DNA of 46,804 nt from Candidatus Magasanikbacteria bacterium GW2011_GWA2_37_8 (GTDB lineage: Bacteria > Patescibacteriota > Patescibacteriia > Magasanikbacterales > GWA2-37-8). Below, piece after piece: positions 42,777 through 46,804 of this stretch. The DNA is taken from the NCBI GenBank assembly GCA_000992085.1, contig LBTN01000003.1, forward strand, positions 1 through 46,804, read 5' to 3'. Positions within the stretch are counted from its first letter, which is position 1; every line of letters starts with the position of its first letter. Under the pieces are notes generated by a model that saw only the letters and a program-made list of their open reading frames with translations, was not told the origin of the DNA and did no database searches. Position numbers and translations under genes: made by a program.

Positions 42777-45700
42777 ATGCAAGATAAAATCGAATTACCA
42801 AAGGGGTCTATCGGCAAACTAACTGCCACGCCACTTGTAGATGAAATTAAACAATCGTATTTGGAATATGCCATGAGTGTTATTATTTCTCGTGCTTTGC
42901 CAGATGTACGCGATGGCCTTAAACCGGTGCACCGTCGTATTCTTTATGCCATGTTTAACATTGGCCTCCGCCACACTGCCAAATACCGCAAATCTGCTCA
43001 TGTAGTCGGTGAGGTGATGGCCAAATACCACCCTCATGGTGATGCCGCTATCTACGACTCTATGGTTCGCATGGCCCAAGATTTTTCTATGCGCGAACAA
43101 TTAGTAGATGGACAGGGTAACTTTGGTTGTTTTACAAAAGACACTAAAGTTAAATTAACCGACGGACGCAATTTAAGTTTTGAAGATTTGATCAAAGAAC
43201 ACCAACAAGGAAAAAAGAATTATACTTATACTGTTAATGGTGCTGGTTTAATTTCGGTGGCTGAAATTATCAACCCAAGATTAACCAGAAAAAATGCTGA
43301 AATTATTAAAGTAGTTTTAGACAATGATGAAGAAATCAGATGTACCCCTAATCATTTATTCATGTTAAGAGATGGCAACTATTTGGAAGCCAAAGATCTA
43401 AAACCAAAAACTTCATTAATGCCGCTTTACGAAAGAATGTCTGAAACAACCGACAGATTAAACCGAGCTGGATACACTTTGATATTTCAAAATAAAACTA
43501 AAGAATGGATGCTGGCTCACCATTTATCAGATAATTTTAATTTAAGTAATCATAAATATAGCAAGACAGATGGGAGAGTGCGACATCATAAGGATTATAA
43601 TAAATTAAACAATAGCCCAGAAAATATTCAAAGAATGAATTGGGGCGAACATTGGAAAACACATTACGAACACGCTTCAAAAATGCACCAAAATGAAGAT
43701 TACAAAAAAAGCATTGCTTTAGGACGAGAAGAATTTTGGGCTAACCCAGAAAATCGAAAAAAATATTCAGAAAATTTAAAATTAAGAAATATAAAAAATT
43801 GGGAGAACCAAACCTACCGAGAAAAAATGATTGCCGGATTAAGCCGTATAAATAAAGAATACATTTTAAATCATCCAGAAAAAAGATTAGAATTTGCTGA
43901 ACGTGGATCAAAAACTTTAAAGAAACTTTGGCAAATTCCAGAATACAAAAAATTATTTAACGAAAAAATATCAGCCGCTAATAAATTGCGAGAAACTAAT
44001 AACACTGGCAAAAAGAAATTCCTAAATGTATGCAAAGAAGCGTTCCAAAAATATCATACCCTAAATCAAAAATTATACGAGGAACTAAGAAAAATTGTAT
44101 ACCCATACGGAGCGGCCACCACTTGGGCAACTGGATTTGAAAAATATTACACCAATAATCTAGATGTACTATTACAAGATCTAACCAAAAATCACAAAGT
44201 TAAGGAGGTTGAAATATTAAATCAACAAGAAGACGTTTTTGACTTGACTATTGAAGATACCCACAACTTCGCGCTGGCTTCTGGTATTTTCGTACACAAC
44301 TCTATGGATGGTGATAGTGCAGCTGCAATGCGTTATACCGAGGCTCGGTTAAAAGCGGTGGCCGAAGAAATGTTGTTTGATATTGAAAAAAATACGGTTA
44401 ATTTTATTCCTACTTACGACGGTTCGCACAACGAACCAACTGTACTCCCAGCCAAACTGCCAAACTTACTGTTAAACGGTACTATGGGTATTGCGGTTGG
44501 TATGGCTACTTCTATTCCACCACACAATTTACGCGAATTATGCGATGGTGTAATAAAATTAATTGAAGAACCAAAATCTACTGTAGAAGATTTGGGTGAA
44601 ATTATTAAAGGCCCCGACTTCCCTACTGGTGGTATTATCTATAACAAAAAAGATATCATGACTGCCTATGCCACTGGTCGTGGCGGGGTGGTGATGCGCG
44701 CTCGCGCCGAAATTCAAGAAGGTCGTGCCGGTTCTTATCAAATTGTTGTTACCGAAATTCCTTATCAAGTAAACAAAGCCGAAATGATTGAAAAAATTGC
44801 GACTTTGGTGCAAGAAAAAAAGATGGAAGGCATTCGTGATTTACGCGACGAATCCAACAAACACGGCGTACGCATTGTAATTGATCTTAAAAAAGATGCC
44901 TACCCACAAAAAGTTTTAAATCAACTTTACAAGCAGACTGCCCTTCAAACCGCCTTCCATACCAATATGTTGGCATTGGTAGATGGTATCCAGCCACGTG
45001 TGCTAAATCTCAAAATTATTTTGGAAGAATTTATTAAACATCGCCAAGTAATTATTCGTCGCCGTACCGAATTTGATTTAGAAAAAGCCAAAGATCGTGC
45101 TCATATTTTGGAAGGTTTGAAAATTGCTTTAGATAAAATCGATTTAATAATTGCCACCATTCGCAAATCCAAAGATAAAGATGAAGCCAAAATAAATTTA
45201 ATGAGTAAATTTAAATTTACCGAAAAACAAACTTTGGCAATTTTAGAAATGCGCCTACAACAATTGGCCAATTTGGAAAGACAAAAAGTAGAAGACGAAT
45301 TAAAAGAGAAAAAAACAATTATTAAAGAATTGGAATTAATCTTATCTTCCGAATCAAGAATTTTAAAAATTATTAAAACCGAAACTGCTGAATTGCGTGA
45401 TAAATATGGTTCGGATCGTCGTACTCAAATTGTCACCCGTGGTGTTCAAGAATTTACCACCGAAGATCTTATTCCAAACGAACCTACCATCATCATGACC
45501 ACCACTGATGGGTATATCAAACGCTTGCCGCCAGATACTTTTAAACAACAATCTCGCGGTGGCAAAGGTGTAATTGGAGTAACCACCAAAGAAGAAGAAT
45601 CTGTAGCCGAACTTCTAACTGCCAATACTCACGATAACATTTTGTTCTTTACTAATCGTGGCCGCGTATTCCAATTAATGGCCTACGACTTACCACAAGG

Positions 45701-46415
45701 CAGCCGCACAGCCAAGGGCCAAGCTTTGGTAAACTTCTTACAACTTGCTCCAAACGAACGCGTTACTGCCCTACTCTCGTTGGCCGATACTGCTCAAACC
45801 AAATTCTTGGTAATGGTAACCACCAAAGGTGTAATTAAGAAAACTGCTTTAGAAGATTTTGCTAATGTTCGCCGCAGTGGTTTGATAGCCCTTAAATTAA
45901 AACTTGATGATAATTTAGAATGGGTAAAACCAACTAGTGGTGTAAGTGACGTAATGATTGCTACTAAAAAAGGCATTGCCATTCGCTTTAAAGAAAGCAA
46001 CGTGCGCCAGATGGGCCGCACTGCTTCGGGTGTACGCGGCATTCGCTTGCACGCCAACGATGAAGTAATTGGTATGGATGTGGTAGACACCAAAAACAAA
46101 AGTTTAGAATTCTTTACTATTGGAGAAAATGGCGTGGGCAAACGCACTCCACTAGCTGAATACAAAACTCAGGGCCGTGGTGGCAGCGGTATCAAAACTG
46201 CCAATGTAACAGAAAAGACTGGCAACATTGTGCAGGCACGCGTGGTAGACGGAGTGGATATGAACGACCACGACATTGTAATTATGTCTACCAAAGGCCA
46301 AGTAATTCGTATGCCATTTAAATCCATTGCCACTTCTGGTCGTGCCACCCAGGGCACTCGCCTCATGCGCTTTAAAGAAGATGGCGATAAAGTGGTGAGT
46401 GTGACGATATTGTAA
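42777..46415 (+). CDS. gyrA: DNA gyrase subunit A, interrupted by an intein.
   Basis: GyrA blocks: YAMSVIISRALPDVRDGLKPVHRRILY, KYHPHGDAAIYDSMVRMAQDF, the active-site AAMRYTEARL, and C-terminal beta-pinwheel repeats. It is 1212 aa, against roughly 820 for the extein alone. Confidence 0.95.
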   Translation: MQDKIELPKGSIGKLTATPLVDEIKQSYLEYAMSVIISRALPDVRDGLKPVHRRILYAMFNIGLRHTAKYRKSAHVVGEVMAKYHPHGDAAIYDSMVRMAQDFSMREQLVDGQGNFGCFTKDTKVKLTDGRNLSFEDLIKEHQQGKKNYTYTVNGAGLISVAEIINPRLTRKNAEIIKVVLDNDEEIRCTPNHLFMLRDGNYLEAKDLKPKTSLMPLYERMSETTDRLNRAGYTLIFQNKTKEWMLAHHLSDNFNLSNHKYSKTDGRVRHHKDYNKLNNSPENIQRMNWGEHWKTHYEHASKMHQNEDYKKSIALGREEFWANPENRKKYSENLKLRNIKNWENQTYREKMIAGLSRINKEYILNHPEKRLEFAERGSKTLKKLWQIPEYKKLFNEKISAANKLRETNNTGKKKFLNVCKEAFQKYHTLNQKLYEELRKIVYPYGAATTWATGFEKYYTNNLDVLLQDLTKNHKVKEVEILNQQEDVFDLTIEDTHNFALASGIFVHNSMDGDSAAAMRYTEARLKAVAEEMLFDIEKNTVNFIPTYDGSHNEPTVLPAKLPNLLLNGTMGIAVGMATSIPPHNLRELCDGVIKLIEEPKSTVEDLGEIIKGPDFPTGGIIYNKKDIMTAYATGRGGVVMRARAEIQEGRAGSYQIVVTEIPYQVNKAEMIEKIATLVQEKKMEGIRDLRDESNKHGVRIVIDLKKDAYPQKVLNQLYKQTALQTAFHTNMLALVDGIQPRVLNLKIILEEFIKHRQVIIRRRTEFDLEKAKDRAHILEGLKIALDKIDLIIATIRKSKDKDEAKINLMSKFKFTEKQTLAILEMRLQQLANLERQKVEDELKEKKTIIKELELILSSESRILKIIKTETAELRDKYGSDRRTQIVTRGVQEFTTEDLIPNEPTIIMTTTDGYIKRLPPDTFKQQSRGGKGVIGVTTKEEESVAELLTANTHDNILFFTNRGRVFQLMAYDLPQGSRTAKGQALVNFLQLAPNERVTALLSLADTAQTKFLVMVTTKGVIKKTALEDFANVRRSGLIALKLKLDDNLEWVKPTSGVSDVMIATKKGIAIRFKESNVRQMGRTASGVRGIRLHANDEVIGMDVVDTKNKSLEFFTIGENGVGKRTPLAEYKTQGRGGSGIKTANVTEKTGNIVQARVVDGVDMNDHDIVIMSTKGQVIRMPFKSIATSGRATQGTRLMRFKEDGDKVVSVTIL
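43128..44300 (+). mobile_element. GyrA intein (391 aa) with an HNH-type homing-endonuclease insert.
   Basis: The extein junction is GQGNFG|CFTKDTKVKLTDGRNL ... DTHNFALASGIFVHN|SMDGDSAAAMRY. It has Cys1, block B CTPNH, terminal HN and a +1 Ser. The internal RVRHHKDYNKLNNSPENIQRMNWGEHWKTH is an HNH motif. Repeated W-x-NPE-x-R-x-K-x-S-like DNA-binding motifs follow. Confidence 0.9.
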
Positions 46416-46423
46416 AAGTTAAT

Positions 46424-46459
46424 AAAAAACCCTGTATCAAGAACGATACAGGGTTTTTT
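46424..46459. terminator. Bidirectional intrinsic terminator after gyrA.
   Basis: A6, then CCCTGTATC (46430-46438), a 6-nt loop, GATACAGGG (46445-46453), then T6. Confidence 0.75.
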
Positions 46460-46469
46460 AATTTATTTT

Positions 46470-46528
46470 GTGTCCTCGGCGCGAATCGCCCGCCCAAGGC
46501 GGATCCGCCTTGGGCGGAAACGCTTTTA
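46470..46528 (-). repeat. GC-rich palindromic mini-element in the tRNA-Arg 3' trailer, flanked by a 9-nt duplication of the tRNA 3' end.
   Basis: A perfect 28-nt palindrome CCGCCCAAGGCGGA|TCCGCCTTGGGCGG lies at 46490-46517. The 18-mer at 46504-46521 is the reverse complement of 6273-6290. GTGTCCTCG occurs at both 46470-46478 and 46529-46537, the latter including the tRNA 3' end. Confidence 0.6.
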
Positions 46529-46529
46529 G

Positions 46530-46601
46530 TGTCCTCGAGAGGAATTGAACCTCTATTTCGAACTTCGGAGGCTCGAGTTCTATCCGTTAAACTACGAGGA
46601 C
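46530..46601 (-). tRNA. tRNA-Arg, anticodon CCG.
   Basis: The reverse complement folds as a cloverleaf. Acceptor is GTCCTCG/CGAGGAC. The anticodon arm is CGAGC-CTCCGAA-GTTCG (anticodon CCG). T arm is AGAGG-TTCAATT-CCTCT and the discriminator is A. No CCA is encoded. Confidence 0.9.
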
Positions 46602-46608
46602 TATTATT

Positions 46609-46804
46609 TTACACCTTCCGTCTCACCCACCGCAAAAACTTATACAAAAAATATTTCTTTTTACCAATCACTACATCAAATGTTCCCGGGTTTTCTTTTA
46701 CCTCTCCACCAAACCCTAATTTAAACCGAGTTATACCAGCGTAGGAGTGGCGTTCGTCGTATTCGTGCTCGCTTATTCCTTTTTCCTTACTCTTTACTCC
46801 TTTC
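46609..46804 (-). CDS. C-terminal part of a FemAB-family (peptidoglycan interpeptide-bridge transferase)-like protein; it continues beyond the right edge or is a remnant.
   Basis: Hand translation of the - strand gives ...EHEYDERHSYAGITRFKLGFGGEVKENPGTFDVVIGKKKYFLYKFLRWVRRKV*. The motif G-x-x-x-FK-x-GFGG is the typical FemAB C-terminus. The last 35 nt of the window (46770-46804) are a short-word repeat, so the upstream extent is uncertain. Confidence 0.4.
   Translation of the reverse strand, partial: KGVKSKEKGISEHEYDERHSYAGITRFKLGFGGEVKENPGTFDVVIGKKKYFLYKFLRWVRRKV

Overview
This is an AT-rich bacterial chromosomal segment; my spot counts of 60-nt lines gave 22-30% GC in ordinary genes. Gene content and style fit a reduced-genome Patescibacteria/CPR-like organism, but that taxonomic placement is an inference. 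Style features are short intergenic regions, near-consensus sigma70 promoters, almost no Shine-Dalgarno sequences, a T4SS-pilin-like Cys-rich surface protein, a PilB ATPase and a DUF4012 protein.

Housekeeping content: uvrA (partial), secG, RNase J, RNase P RNA, miaA/miaB, thrS with a T-box leader, ftsH, rpsA, an intein-containing gyrA, tRNA-Leu(CAG) and tRNA-Arg(CCG). There is also a glycan-synthesis cluster (13.2-17.6 kb, plus a GT4 at 20.2 kb) and Mg/metal transport genes.

The stand-out is a complete diversity-generating retroelement (DGR) at 38.8-41.4 kb. It has a reverse transcriptase, an Avd-like four-helix-bundle gene, a 123-126 nt template repeat (TR) and a variable repeat (VR) at the 3' end of a 201-aa target gene. 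All 16 TR/VR mismatches fall on TR adenines.

The DGR is unusual in four ways:
- The target gene, its 5' UTR and the TR form a ~60-65% GC island with a strong SD, inside a ~30% GC, SD-poor genome.
- avd lies on the opposite strand, between TR and RT, and overlaps the RT 5' end head-to-head.
- G/C homopolymer tracts (C9, G9, G8) cluster around the RT. One lies in the RT/avd overlap, which suggests a phase-variable on/off switch.
- The RT carries a perfect 15-bp in-frame tandem duplication.

Other points worth a second look:
- GC-rich palindromic mini-elements sharing an exact 18-mer sit just 3' of both tRNAs, each flanked by a duplicated tRNA 3' end.
- The gyrA intein carries an HNH endonuclease and sits at a non-mycobacterial insertion site.
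- The thrS T-box is very compact.
- An NRAMP homolog has a non-canonical metal site and is paired with a soluble MgtE-N/CBS protein.
- Two families of short-word AT-rich palindromic repeats occur in intergenic leaders and also in-frame inside conserved enzymes.

All calls come from reading and hand-translating the sequence. No database search was possible.
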